NCBI GenBank assembly: GCA_951406725.2
Contig: OX597831.1
Span: forward strand, 9,982,001 to 10,046,000
Length of the DNA: 64,000 nt
Direction: 5' to 3'
Origin: Octopus vulgaris
Taxonomy: Eukaryota
The position numbers and the translations under genes were made by a program. Each line of letters starts with the position of its first letter. The first letter of the stretch is position 1. The notes beneath the pieces were generated by a model. It was not told the DNA's origin. It made no database searches and saw nothing but the letters and a program-made list of their open reading frames with translations. Shown here in pieces: positions 1-14,185 of the stretch.

Positions 1-95
1 GTCGATGAAATAGGTACCAGTGGAACCAGTCATGTAATCGACTAACCCCTTGCCCCCAAATTACACGTCTTGTGCCTTCAGTAAAAAGGATTATT
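1..95 (+). mobile_element. 3' part of Meta-domain SINE (family A, alternative tail), cut by window edge
   Basis: gtcgat..aa.taggtaccag..tgtaatcgact..ccccaaa..cttgtgcc..aaaaggattatt matches the tail of the copies at 22489-22710 and 29340-29500. Confidence 0.7.
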
Positions 96-172
96 TCTTG
101 TCATTGAATGGAAGCTTTAACCGTCACCATCCATCGGTAAGTCCCAAAATATTGCAATGAAAATCTACTTAC

Positions 173-401
173 CTGATCTCTCGAAAATAACAGCCAAATG
201 CCCCTCAGCGTGCCCCTTACTTACTTCAAGATAACGCGCTGCTGAAAAACACCAAGTCCCTAAATGAGACGAGATGAGCTCCAGTGGAACATTGGCTTCT
301 ACTTTTGATCGACCATGAACCCTCTTTAGTTTGAACAGCAACAGCTTCAACACCATTATCAAATACAAAATTATATCAACAACACCCACCTTGTTCGCCA
401 T
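173..401 (-). CDS. Candidate first coding exon of a secreted or membrane protein continuing left of the window
   Basis: ATG in aacaagATGGCG context; hydrophobic N-terminus (MANKVGVVDIILYLIMVLKLLLFKL); 76 open codons ending at a consensus donor CAG|GTAAGT (phase 1). No homology recognised. Confidence 0.4.
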
Positions 402-508
402 CTTGTTATAATGGTTTCATTTACGCAGCAGCTTTTTGTGAATGAGTGAAATTTTCTGCTGCAGAAACAACATCTATTGCTGTAAATCGGTGACTGTAAT
501 AGTCGTGG

Positions 509-870
509 TCTTCTTCTTCTTCTTCTTTTTCTTCTTCTCCTCCTTCTTCTTCTTCTTCTTCTCCTTCTCCTTCTTCTTCTTCTTCTTCTTCTTCTCCTCC
601 TCCTTCTTCTTCTCCTTCTTCTTCTTCTTCTTCTTCTTCTTCTTCTTCCCCTCTCCTTCTTCGTTTCCTCCTTCTTCTTCTTCTTCTTTTTCCTCTTCTT
701 CTTCTTCTACTTCTTCTTATTCCTCTTCTCCTTCTTCTCCTTCTTCTTCTTCTTCTTCTTCTTCTTCTTCTTCTTCTCCTCCTCCTTCTTCTTCTTCTTC
801 TTCTTCTTCTTCTTTCTTCTTAATCTTCTTAATCTTCTTTCTTCTTAATCTTCTTCTTCTTCTTCTTCTT

Positions 871-900
<30 letters not shown>
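509..900. repeat. (TTC/CTT)n microsatellite with TCC interruptions
   Basis: Direct reading; explains the poly-F/S/L ORF 442-930. Confidence 0.97.
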
Positions 901-901
<1 letters not shown>

Positions 902-3334
902 GTAGTTGTATTAACAGATGTTGTCGGTGATAAAGGTGGCCATGGTGGTGGTCATAACGGTGGTGATGTTTATCGTGTTTGTGGTGGCAATAATAATCAT
1001 GCTTATAGTGTTGGCGATGAGGGTGTTAGTTAAGGTCGATGATAGCTTTGTTGTTTTATTCTTGTGGTTTAACTCTTGGTCAGTCTTGACGATGCAAACT
1101 TATGTATACACACGCTTCGTATGTTACAGGCCGATGGGTTTGTATAGCCCAATCTACATAATAAAAAGGTCAGGGTGTCTAAATATGCCATAAAAAAAGC
1201 ATATATGATAGTTATATGATATTTAAAGTCGCCATTAAACTATGAATCATTACCAAGTCCTGACATCTTTTCACAGTTGCCTTTACTTTACATTCAATAA
1301 ATTCGAGAATATACTGTAAGCTGCAATCATATAAACATTAACTTATATAAATATACAATAATTGCTTCTAAATAATCAAATATTATAGTCTTTCGAATTG
1401 ATACTGCCTATATGGTTCAAGTTAATGAAAATTATTTAAAAGATAACTTCATCGATTAATATACAGTGTAAGCTATAAAACATGATATAATTTGATACCG
1501 TTGGTTACTTTAAATGAAAGATAACTTATATTAATAAATACCTTATTATCCGAGATGTCTTACAATTTTAAAACAAATTAAAGTCCGCCAATTAAATTGA
1601 GAATTAAATAAATATTTTATGTATTGGAGAGAAAATAATTACAAACTAAGAGGTAACATAAATAAAAATGATGTATAAAGACATTCATATATTGGAGAAC
1701 GTATTAGGAGAGTAGAAATAGGATGTAGTAATTGATATTGGAAAATAGAAAGCATTGAAAAGAATCAGTGAAAATAAAGGAGTTACACGGCTTGGAGATT
1801 ATTAATATTATTTTTGAGAATAAGGTGTTAATCATTTTCCTAATTGATTTTCAGATAATACCAACTGGGGAGGTAAATTGATAATATTTATTCAATATCT
1901 TAATTGAAAATAAAACATGAGTTATCAGCAAACTTTAGAGGAGAATTCTTATCAAATACCGGGTTCTGTTCTAAAAGAGATTATGAATTATCTTCCACTC
2001 TAAAGTGGTATTTAGAGAATTGTTAATGTATGTGTATATGTATATAGTTATCTCTGTAGATGTTAATGTATCTCTCACTACATCATTCTCCTATGTACAT
2101 CATTGAAATATAAAAACATGCGAAGTTCTGGTGTCTTTTAGGTCTCTATCTTCCATTGTTTGAACTAAACAATAAACATGAGATAGCATCAGCATTTCAA
2201 GATAGTTTCGATGTAGCGAATTTGCATTGCAACACGTTTTTGTAAAACAAAAAATTCCTTCAGGTTTTGCTTGATATGAATCAAATGTTTTTCATGATAG
2301 CTGGGTGAGCTAAAACGTTTTTGCCCTTTATCATTGTAAATCATTTATAGAATCTTTAGGTTTACAATAAAGATTCACGTATTTCAAATGCAGCTTATCG
2401 TATTTTGTGCACTTTTTCCCCATATTTCTCACACGGCAGCTAGTAAGTGGCCTCGTGGCTCCCACGTGTTTAATAACAGGAAACCACTTAACTTTTTATT
2501 TGTTACAAAAGAACAAAAAGGAAACCTCTAATGTCAAGATGTCCTGCATTCTGTAAGAGGATCAACACAAGGTTTAAAGGATATTTCTATTTGTAAAATA
2601 GCATAGAAAGAAAGGGGCAACAATCAGTTGTCTGATAAGAATTTGTAGATAGATGAATCGCTCATTATTACTTTATGAGTAAGAACAAAATTGTATGAGC
2701 CGTAGAAGAGTGAGTATGGAGAGTATTTGTGGAATAATGATAAAGGCACCATGAAAAGGAGCGACAAGTGGATATTGAAAACTGTTAATACAAAACCAAC
2801 AATTTAAAATGTTCTCCTTTGGAAGCAATCAAAGAGAGAAAAAATTAGATGAAGAATAATAATAAAAAAGGTGATACCACGCATTGTTACTTTAATCAAT
2901 TGCATTTTGAATTTGGGAATCTCAAAACAAAGTAGATTTCAAAGAGAATTAACATCAATATTCGAAGGAATTGTTTACGTATATTAAGTGTTCCATTCCA
3001 GTAGGATAATTGTGGATGAGGATTTGATATTTCCCGGGTATTTTAACTTTGAGGGTTAATACATCATTTGCTGAACGATCGGTCATGTGTCTAAGTCCGA
3101 GAAACAAAACGCAGCAGTTATAGTTCGAATTTCGCTCGTAAAGTAGTGATCAACACACCACCAATTTAACGTCCGCTTAACACTAATTACATGCCTTAAT
3201 GAGAAAAAATGAGTGGCAGGAGAACATAACCAGGGGGTTTTATGAGGAAAATGTAGTAAAAATAGAAAATACTCAAAATACTATGAATTCCAATGAATAA
3301 GCCAATAATTTGGGCTGGGTTTATGAACTAGTGG

Positions 3335-3613
3335 GTCCCATGGAAACCTCATGTTTTATAAAGGCCCAACCGCTAGGTTACGGAGACGTAAACAAACCGA
3401 TACCCACTGTCAAGCGGTGGCGGGAGACAAACAGAAGCTCACACACGTGTGTGTGTGTGTGTGTCGTAGACGAACTTCGGTTTCCATCTGTTAAATCCAC
3501 CCACAAGTCATATTCTCGAACCGAGGCTATAAAAGAAGACACTTGCTGAAGGTATTAAGAAGTGTGGTTGAACCTTTAACCATATTCCTGAAAATCGTAA
3601 TAGCACAACCACA
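3335..3613 (-). mobile_element. Degenerate tRNA-derived SINE, family B
   Basis: ccgctaggttacggagacgtaaac..aaatccacccacaag..gaggctata..agaagacacttg is the reverse complement of the family B body at 56409-56814. Confidence 0.8.
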
Positions 3614-5639
3614 AAAAGACATTAATGGTATTTTATATTAGACATAGTTTGAGCAACATAGCCCATTCGGATAAAGAGTTATTCTTTGCAGCGTTTTATC
3701 CGGATTTTGGTGGTTTAGCTAGAAATTCGTTGGAGATATTCATACAGTAATTGTTCGAATGCTATGCAGTCGTTTTCACTAATGTGACTTGGCCTGACAT
3801 TAAAGAGGGCAGGGTCAGTTGAGGTCGCATAGTTCTGCCTTGGCGTTGTGATGTGATGCAAACATGATTTGTGAATAGAACAAAAGACAGATGAACCAAA
3901 CCGTGCCTGAAGTTTAAAATTAGTGCCAACATCATTTGCGCTATGCTATTGAAATATTTAATATATATGTATGAGTGTGTATGTGTGTGAGTTGTGTGCG
4001 TGCAGTAGTGTGTGTGTATGTGTGTATGCAGAAGTACTTGAAATATGCTTAACCGTTAGTTGAAAGGGAAGTTATCCTGAAGAAGGGCAGCACTAACATC
4101 TATTTAGAGAGAAATGAGGAAGGTAAACGACGCTGAAAAACAACGGATCGTCCACCAGGCGAATCGGACCTTTCTGTTTTCGTCACTCACCTGAAATACA
4201 TATTGGCATACAAGTAGTTTACCGTCATCCAGGTGTGATGGCCCATGCCCAATCATTGCAGAAGTAAGATCTGAACTAGCTTCCTTGGTGACACCAATTC
4301 AGCTTTTACTTTGTCATTGCGTCATATTAGCAATATTTCAATCATGCAATCAATACATCAGTAATAACGCATCTCTCTAATATATATTAAGCTGTATTGC
4401 ATCGTATTATATTGACCGATGCTGTATTGTACTGTACTATTGTATTGTACAGAAATACAGACAGAAACTGAAAAAGACTAAATTAATAAGTTCAAGCAAT
4501 TGAGACCACACTGCCAATAACATATCTCAGAAATACCGACATATAATCAGAATTCTAATTGATAGTCTCCGCTTTATGCTGTAATCATCATGCATGCGTT
4601 ATATAGAGTGAAAATGATGTCACAACAATAGATTCAAATGTAAAACTTAATGGCCTCAGTTCCAAAATTTATTTTTGAGCGAACATTACAATAAGTAGAA
4701 TTGGTGAAGAATGGAGTTAAAAGTATGAAAGATACGATATCGTTTGCTTCTAAATTTAAAAATCAACTTGTGTGAAACTCTGCTCTCTAATATTACATAA
4801 TAGAAAGTTTTATTCTTTCTCTTTAGAAATTCTTTTGTACTTAGTGAAGCGCACAGCGTGTGTGGACCTCCTCGCTGCTGTTATTTATGAAGTTAGTGTT
4901 CGAATTCAACTCGTGGTATTCGATTTCTATAGGGAAGCAAACAGTAGAACGGAACTCCTGTAATTCCTTATTTGTTTCTAAGTCGCAGAGGGATTAGGCT
5001 TCATCCTGTTTGTAAGTTATTAGTAATAGGTAAAATAAGGGTAAATAAATGAGTGGAGGTGAGAGCTCTGGAACGGGTTTTAGGGGTAAAATTATGCCGA
5101 AAACCATTACTGAAAAGCGGCGAAAGAAAGGAGAAATGGAGAGTCAATGTGTCTTGAGGTGGTCTACGTTTTACATACAATTATTCATGTTTGTTCTTAA
5201 ATTTTGAAGGCAGTTCCTAATAAATATAAATGCAATATTCAAATTGTAAGTTTAAATTTGATCTTCATAAGTTTAACGAGAGATCGATGGTAAATTCTTA
5301 TCTAATCCCGAAGACAGAGGAGAGTGTTTTAAACACTAACAATTCTAAGAGATTATAAGAAATTTCCAGAATTTGTCTAAACTCATCGTTTGGTTTATCA
5401 CTTGTTGGAGATTTGAAATTTGAATTCCTTGTTAACCAACATAAAATTCTGGCCAGGTATATCACTGATGTTCTTGATATATGCTGTGATGCTTTTTTGT
5501 TTACTGTTGAAGGAGACTAAACAACGAAATTAAGATAAGAACTGTTTTGTGTTTTTTGCGTAACAGATATAATGTATGTTTTAAGATAAAGTGTTTGGAT
5601 AGTGTGAGCGTAACTCATATATGTAGGAGGTTAGATAGC

Positions 5640-5950
5640 AGCGGAGAACAAACTGAGTGGTTGTGTGGTTTGAAATGTGTGTCTTCCCGGCCATGTGGTT
5701 CCCGGTTCACTTACACTGGGAAATGTCGTTTAATAAAGCGCCAATGTGGCAAATCTTTGTGAAAGTATTTGGTAGACGCAAAATGAAAGATGCCTGTCTT
5801 ATATATGTGTGTATGTATGTGTGTCGTAGGGTGACTCATTTTTGCCAGCTGAGTGAACTGGAGCACCGTGAGATGAAGTAGTTTGCTCTACTTCGACGTC
5901 AGGAATTGAACTAGACTCAGTATTGTTGCAAATGCTGATATTATGTAACA
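5640..5950. mobile_element. Degenerate family B SINE head (+) abutting a V-type SINE fragment (-)
   Basis: gagtggttgtgtgg..ccatgtggttccc.ggttca, then gctgagtgaactggagca.cgtga.atgaagt..ttgctc..ggaattgaac. Confidence 0.6.
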
Positions 5951-7593
5951 TCCAAGAAAAGATGAAGATGTAATGTGGAATAGAGAGCAAACGGCATGCG
6001 AAACATAATGGGAATAATACTTATCCGAATATTGTAGACGAATATGAAACAAGTAGACTACCTCTCTACCTTATTACCCTTCACTAATTGACTGTCACTG
6101 AAAACCAATTGGAAAGTTTATCGATTATGAGAAAGACGTAACACACACATACACACACACATACACACGCATACGCACACACACATCTTCACATATGCAC
6201 ATACACACACATGTGCACACAAAAATTCGCATGCCCTGTGTTGAGAACAATACTTTCAGAAAAGATAAGTTTAAACGTTACGTAAGTGAAAATCATACGT
6301 GGTTCAACGTATATCCTCGCCAGAATTAAGGTATTGAACTTTTGGCCTCAGATTATCCTTATCAATCCGATTTACTATTGACTGCATCCGAACATAATGA
6401 ATTTAGGATGGAATTATTTAAATATATTATTCCCTATCTAAGACAGTAAAGTGTGATCGTGTTAAATTTCACTTCTACTTTTAGCCCGTCGAACAACTTC
6501 GTGGTTGACCACTCGCTGGATTCATACATCTGATGCTGGTTGCTTTCGAATTTTTTCGGGTCATGCATAATCTTTGACCGAAACTTCTGAAGACGTGTCG
6601 TTACACATTGTTATTCAAGTACCGTCGTCACATACCTTGTTGAAATAAGCAGCGAGATCTGATTTGTAGTGCATTTGCTTGGTATTTCTAGAAAGGTGCG
6701 GAAACAGTTATATTAGCAAGCATTAGGCTGTACATAACCATGGCACGTAGTGCGAACGTATAATACAAGACGCGTACTTGTATGTGTTCGCTCCTTACAT
6801 CTGTTAACCGTTACTGACACATATGTAAACGTATATAGACATACCTCGGTGCCTTTCATCTCACCACGAAATATGTATTGTCTTCTTCTAAGCAGTACCT
6901 ACTTCATTTTCCTCTACCTAAATACATTATTACACTGTATATATACTCATGTTACGACAGTTTGAACTGACATCCACTGCACTTAAACATAAAGCGCCCA
7001 CCTCTTCTACAATCCAAGGCTTACTTCTATACACCATACGCAGACATTGTCTACTTTCAGACAAAACTATATACACAATTCATTCAACCTTTGAGAATAA
7101 ACTTCACGTACTTTGGCTAATCGGAGGTAAAAATTAATTATTAATGATGAGTAGATTGTGATTCAACTAGAGTTTTAGACTAATTAACAATTCTTCTGAT
7201 AACAATTAGTTATGCAATGGAAGTTCAGCAAGAATGTTTATTAATCTAGAATGGACAAAATAGCTTCTGATTGGCATTATTCATTTAATAATTAAGCACG
7301 TGATCTATATGCACTTCAATAATATTGTGTGTTGTCTCCATCTATTTCAACTTTCATATCCACGCTAGACGTCTCTACGCGCTGACCTACGCATTTTAGC
7401 CACGAGGAAGATTCTACGTGATTGATTTTCATGTGATAAATTCCTGCTCATTTTCATTCAAGTCGTATCACATCCTGTTGAAGAATATTGCACTCCGGTG
7501 GATACAGAATCCATCTATAATTGCAACGTGGTTATGCCTAGAATAACTTTGGTAACAGATACTCTCTACTTCATTGAAGGTTGGGTTAAATAC

Positions 7594-8040
<447 letters not shown>

Positions 8041-8770
8041 GAGTAGCAGTAGCAGAAGGAACAACAACACGATTCCAAACAATTTTACTTGGAGACAAAT
8101 TATTACGTTAAGTATTTCTGAATATAAAATATACATTTTTTCAATAGTAACCTTTTGTGATAAAATTAATAAAGCTATTTCATAAATGTTAGAACCTTTA
8201 TTTAGCTTCTATAATTTTTATGTTTGTTCAAAATGGCAGCTGTCAGGAGAAGTGACGGTTGTTGATAAGCCGTTTCCATTATACAGCGTACAATAGTTGA
8301 TTTTGTAAAGAGTGAATTAAGATTCAGAATTTAATGTTATTTAATCTAAAAATATTCAAATCTTATAAGTCAGATTTGATAGAGAATAAAATTTGAATAT
8401 TACACATTATCAAGTTTATTATTTTTTTTCTGTAGCCTTTTTGTATATCATAAATAGTTATATTTTCTACGTTTCGGCTTTGTCAAAAATATTCGATGCC
8501 ATAATCTGCTTTCCTGACAGTTTCGAGGCTAGTTGTCGGCTGAGATGAAAATAGATGTCATCTAAAAACCGGCCAAATGACGTAGATCGATCCTACACTA
8601 CCCCCACAGACTTAGATCAATAGACATATTTACATAGAATCACACATACACATGCACACACATATACATTCATACAATACATACATATATTCTATTATAT
8701 ACATATGTATATATATATATGTATAGAATATATATATATATATATATGTATATGTATGTATATATATATA

Positions 8771-8825
<55 letters not shown>

Positions 8826-8839
8826 TATATATATATATA

Positions 8840-9116
8840 TCATGTGATCTCGTGACCGACCAGAACATCAGATGTTGCTATACATCGCTGGTCACAATGC
8901 GTTCGCATTGTTTTAGCCTTCGAATGACGCAACCCCTCTGGCTAAGCGAGCAGGCCAACAGAAGAAAGAGTGAGAGAAAGAGTGGTGAAAGAGTACAGCA
9001 GGGATAACCACTCCCTGCCGGAGCCTCATGGAGCTTTTTTATGTGGTCTAGGCATCGAAGCCGCGATCCTACGACCGCGAGTCCGCTGCCCTAACCACTA
9101 GGCCATTGCGCCTCCA
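8840..9116 (-). mobile_element. tRNA(Arg)-like-headed SINE, family C, tail type 1, inserted in (TA)n
   Basis: Minus strand begins ggaggcgcaatggcctagtggttagggcagcggactcgcggtcgtaggatcgcgg (A box, TCG anticodon-like loop); body shared with 39562 and 57328; B-box region partly deleted. Confidence 0.9.
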
Positions 9117-9119
9117 CTA

Positions 9120-9181
<62 letters not shown>

Positions 9182-9734
9182 TATCATATTCTATTCTATT
9201 CTATATATGTATATATACATATAATGCGTACAGACATGCATACATCGTATCATGAATATGCTTATTAAAGTAGGTGAGGAAAATAATTATCGCCCTTATA
9301 AAGATATCATGACCCTGAATGTGCTGAAAATGACTGCAATGACCGCGATGTGAACGTTAACAATGATGAATTTGAGGTAGACAATTATCGCAATGGTGAC
9401 CAGGAGGACAAGTGGCGGTGGATGGCCATATTTTCCACATACAATGAAATACATAGGTTAACAAATACGCTCTTCGTCGCTTATCGTTAGCACGGCAAAC
9501 CTGTGGCACCGAAGAATGTCCCCTCAGCTCATAGTACATCTTGAGTGCAATGTCTTCAGAGAAAATCATACAGTATTTTGCAAGAGGTAGTTTGTAACTA
9601 AAATTTACACAAGGACAAGCGAGATAGTTTTAGTTAAAATGGAACTTGAACTATCAAGAGTTAATAAGTAGCCAGGGAAAAGTAACCTTGGCAACTTCAT
9701 TATTTGATTAATATCCACATTAATTATAATCTCA

Positions 9735-10333
9735 TTTCTTTATTACCCACAAGGTGATAAACATAGAGGAGACAAACAAGTACAGACAAAGGAAATAAGT
9801 CGATTACATCGGCCCCAGTCCGTAACTGGTACATAATTTATCGACCCCGAAACGATGAAAGGCAAAGTCGACCTGGGCGGAATTTGAGCTCAGAACGTAA
9901 CGACAGACGAAATACTTATTTCTTTACTACCCACGAGGGGCTAAACACAGAGAGGACAAACAAGGACAAACAAACGGATTAAGTCGATTATATCGATCCC
10001 AGTGCGTTAGTGGTACTGAATTTATCGACCCCGAAAGGATGAAAGACAAAGTCGACCTCGGCGGAATTTGAACTCATAACGTAACAGCAGACGAAATACC
10101 TATTTCTTTATTACCCACAAGGGGCTAAACATAGAGGGGACAACCAAGGACAGACATAGGTATTAAGTCGATTATATCGACCCCAGTGCGTAACTAGTAC
10201 TTAATTTATCGACCCCGAAAGGATGAAAGGCAAAGTCGACCTCGACGGAATTTGAACTCACAACGTAGCGACAGACGAAATACGGCTACGCTTTTCGCCC
10301 TGCGTGCTAACGTCTCTGCCAGCTCGCCGCCTT
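9735..10333 (-). mobile_element. Meta-domain SINE (family A) trimer: one head and three tandem bodies
   Basis: Head aaggcggcgagctggcag at 10333; three copies of gttcaaattccg..gaggtcgactttg.ctttcatcctttcggggtcgataa..aaagaaat. Confidence 0.93.
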
Positions 10334-10539
10334 ACTTAAAATCTGAGCCTAATGTTCCTGTTGTAGGTTTGAAAATATTATGTTCTTACAAACCATAGAA
10401 AGTATGAAGAACTGTATTTATATATTCCTGCTACACTACCAATTAAAATATAGTTTGAAATTCATATCATCATTAATAAAATATCAATTATGAACACATA
10501 ATTATTTCTAATTCTTGTCAGAATATTAAAATGTTTATG

Positions 10540-10712
10540 GGAGATAACTGCCAATTACATCAATTCCAGTACTCAACGGTTTTTTTTTCTTCTATTTTGG
10601 ACCCGATTCGTGAAAAACAAAATCTACCTTAGTGGCATTTGAACCAGAAGGTAAAGAGTAGGCGAAAAACAGCTAAGAATTGTTCCTTTGCGCTCATGAT
10701 TCTGTCAGCTCG
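10540..10712 (-). mobile_element. Old degenerate family A SINE
   Basis: attacatc..ccagtactcaac..gtggcatttgaac.cagaa.gtaaag..gattctgtcagctcg. Confidence 0.6.
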
Positions 10713-12929
10713 AAGTTATAAGGTAGGGCTGCAAAGCTGAACTGAAAACACGAGTCTAGGAGTTAAGCCGTTCCGTTCACGGTCATAATGTCATGTGATG
10801 TCTTCGGGAAAGGCACTTACTTTCACGTTGTTGTAATAAGCCCAATTGTGAATAAGTGCCAATACATTTGGTATTGCGAGTCTCTTCTCACAGTCGCATC
10901 CTTGATATTCTGCTTCAGTGGCGGTTCGTAGATAAAAATAGTAGGTGAGGCGTTTCAGAGAATTTTTAGTTGTTTTAATATCGTGCAGAAGGAAACAAAC
11001 ATATAAAAAGAATATTTATACATTAGCTTGATCGGTTCGTGCTTCAGCAACTGCCGCGGGTAGTGCGTTCAATTTGTTCACTGAACACCTCCTTGTTTTC
11101 CAAAATTGCCCCGTAAATCATAATATAAGTGGAGGAGGGATCTTCCCAATTTTTATAATCCTGGCTCGAAGCAGGATAATAGTCTAATTTTACACTTTAT
11201 CACATTCAAGTATATAACCACGTTTTTAAGCACAACACACGCGGAGGCCAAAAAAGAAACACTACCTTTCACCAGCACAGCAGGGCCGACATTGTGTGAA
11301 ACACAGTGCTCTCTCTCACTTCCGTGAAGCTTCCTATCTCGGAAAGATGAGCATGCGCACAACAGCCAAACACCACGTTGCTGGAACTGTGAAGCGCACA
11401 GTTATATACAAGGATTTTTGTATTTTTTTTTTCAATAACTAGGGGATTGCTACTTACATTAAGCTCAAGGATTATATAATGTACAAATATAAAGAAGAAA
11501 TTAAAGAAAAAAAAGGACTCATTATATTTAATGTTATCGATAATATCGAGTGGAACTAAGGGTGCTGCAGTTCCACAGTGCCTATGCACGAACCGCAACT
11601 GTTGTGCTTATACATTATGCCAAATATAGATGATAGACGAAAAGTGCGTTTAAAAACAAAAACAAAAAAAACAACTGATTTTTTAAACTCTGGACAACAA
11701 ACTAGTCTCGAATCCTGTGCTGGAAATAGTGACGTGGACATAAGTGAAACAGCTTAGTTTTTACGATGAATTTAACAGTCTAAAGTAAAACTGGATGATG
11801 TGAGGTAGTCTTTAGCTTTGGATGGGTTTGGCGGTTAAAGAACATCATTTTGTTGAACAGAACTAGATAAGAATTTCAAACATTTTATAGACTAATATTC
11901 AACTAGAAACACCAACATTACTTACACTGAATTCTCATCTTTCTGAATAGCAAAATATTGGAGGGATGAAGTGATAAAGAAGTGAATGTTTACGAAGTTG
12001 GGTAGAAGGATGTAGAGGAATGATGATTGAATTTTAATGGCAGATATAATGATGTAGAGAGGAAGAAAGCTGTGGACTGTAAAAGCTGTGGACTGAGTAA
12101 GAAGTGGTTGACGCGCAAGAATTTAAGGGAAAATTGCTTTGTAATTAAGGCGATCCCTTTGGCACCACACGCTTCCGGGTAAAGTTCGGAATTATGAACA
12201 CACAGACACACACAGAGACAAACACATACACATACGTATGCCTAGCATGCGCATACATTCATGCATGTGTATATGATATGTATGTGTGTATATATGTTTA
12301 TGGATTTGTAGTGGAGCGAGTATTTGGATACAATTTTAGGAGGTGCTTCCCCAACATCAAAGTGCAGCTTAACTATTCCATAACAGGAGATCGATAACTT
12401 AAATACAAGGCAGATATATTAAGGACGCCTGGTCAATATGTTCGATCAACTGGACACAATTAAAGGCAAAATACCGAAATCAATGAAGGAATCGACTAAG
12501 AATCCCTTTAAAGAAGAGTCTCCAAGGACACAGATGAAAGTATGACCTCATTTATAGAATATCAGAATAGAAGAATTACATTACAGCAGATTTAGTATGC
12601 TCAAAAGCCGCTCCAATTTATACTGGCATTACAATTTTCTTCTCTGTCTTTAAACTATGTACATTAACGGAGAACTACAACTGGAGAACTCGAATCAATG
12701 GAAGTAAACGGTTGAAATATTCTCAGAGCACATACCAATAAAACTAAACGTTAGGTATTTATTTAAGCCATCACATAAGATCCAACAAAATTACTTGGAA
12801 GGAAAAAAATAAGGCGATCGAGAAATAAGCATTTTGAATAGGCCGCTATTTTCACATTCATATGAGATGTTATAATCGTCCGTTCATCTCAATCTTATTT
12901 GGTTTTGGTTTTCGTTCTTTAAGTTAATA

Positions 12930-13160
12930 AACTGCAACCATGCTGGGCCAACGCTTGAAAGAGCTCAGTCATTCAAATCGAGTTGTTTATTATTTGTTCA
13001 AAATATATGCATATTTGTTACATGTCTGTTACTTCTTCTGTCGGCCCCCGTATGGCGTACGGCTACATTAGGGGCAGAAGCATATCGAAATCTGTTGTCA
13101 AATGAAATGGTGGGAGGAACAAGAACAAGCACGCTGATACACATACTCACGAATATACAC
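12930..13160 (-). mobile_element. Degenerate family B SINE 3' half
   Basis: actgcaaccatgctgg..ttacttcttctgtcgg..gggaggaacaa. Confidence 0.5.
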
Positions 13161-13195
13161 CTCCCCTGTGTATATATATGTTTATATATATATAT

Positions 13196-13231
<36 letters not shown>

Positions 13232-13277
13232 AAATGGCAAAAATACGTCACGTATATATATATATATATATATATAT

Positions 13278-13499
13278 AAACCTTTCAAAATGTAAACACA
13301 TGTTGATTGTTGCCGAATTTTTTCTCTGTCTTCTATTTCTCTTGGACTTTCCTCTGCTTCTTGTTTCTGAAGAGGAGCATTGCTGGAAACGTAAAACTCC
13401 CTTTCCTTCCTTGAGCGTCTTTTAATACCTTGCACGTACCACGTCTTTGCATTGTTGTTTTTTCCTCTTCTGGTTTTTCTTGTTCTTTTTTTACAATTA
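13278..13499 (+). mobile_element. Penelope-like terminal-repeat fragment between simple repeats
   Basis: Homologous to 23857-24040 (tttctctgtctt..ctttccttcc..gagcgtc..taatac..ccacg..ttgttg); carries a hammerhead fold. Confidence 0.65.
13363..13397 (+). ncRNA. Minimal type I hammerhead ribozyme (C3-G8 core; stem II closing pair mutated)
   Basis: GUUU-CUGAAGA-G-GAGC auu GCUG-GAAA-CG-U-A-AAAC: stem I GUUU/AAAC, palindromic ACGU stem III, GUA cleavage triplet. Confidence 0.7.
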
Positions 13500-13509
13500 T
13501 CTATCTCTC

Positions 13510-13590
<81 letters not shown>

Positions 13591-13592
<2 letters not shown>

Positions 13593-13769
13593 TTTTTTCT
13601 CTCCTTCTTTCTGTGTTTTTCTCTCTCTGTGTATCTTTCTGTTGAAGAGCGTAGGCTCGAAACGTTAAGAGACTTGTTTTATTTATATTTCCTGAGCGCC
13701 ATACTAATACAATTGTTCGTTTGTTTTCCACCTGCCTTCGTCTTTTGTTTATTTTCATAAAGCTTCCCG

Positions 13770-13771
<2 letters not shown>
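13591..13771 (+). mobile_element. Second Penelope-like terminal-repeat fragment flanked by (TA)n
   Basis: (TA)n on both sides; homologous to minus-strand 49851-49945; carries a hammerhead-like fold. Confidence 0.65.
13634..13672 (+). ncRNA. Minimal hammerhead variant (CUGUUGA core, A6U)
   Basis: ucUUU-CUGUUGA-A-GAGC guag GCUC-GAAA-CG-U-U-AAG. Confidence 0.55.
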
Positions 13772-13805
<34 letters not shown>

Positions 13806-14185
13806 ATATGTGTATCTTTATCTATCTATCTATCTACATATATATATATATATATATATATAGGAAAGGAAAACATGATAATAAGGTAGAATGCTAAACT
13901 GAAAACAAATTTTAGTATACATGGGTGTAAGAAAAATTTAAAAAGGAAATCCTTGCAAGGCAAATTTTCAAGATGAGGAGGGGAGGGGAAAGAAATTCCA
14001 TAATGCTTTTTTCAAAATAATAATAATGAATATATATACACAAATTAATAAATAAGTATAGCAATACATTATACTATCTTTATGCTTTTAAAGTTGAATA
14101 TTATTGCAAGGAAAAACTTCTTTGGAAGATTAGGATGATTGTGTTTTGGTGTAGTGTTGAGAAGGTTGGATGTTTATGTCCCAAG

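Noticed and set aside
442-1193. 162-aa poly-F/S/L ORF and 91-aa hydrophobic ORF
   Set aside because: Translations of (TTC)n and a decayed (GTG/ATG) repeat
1855-1872. Possible 18-nt plus-strand microexon (ctaat..ttttcAG|..GAG|GTaaat)
   Set aside because: Good splice signals but no supporting plus-strand gene; expected by chance in 64 kb
9735-10333. Regularly spaced repeats resembling a CRISPR or satellite array
   Set aside because: The units are SINE bodies with no unique spacers, in a eukaryotic context
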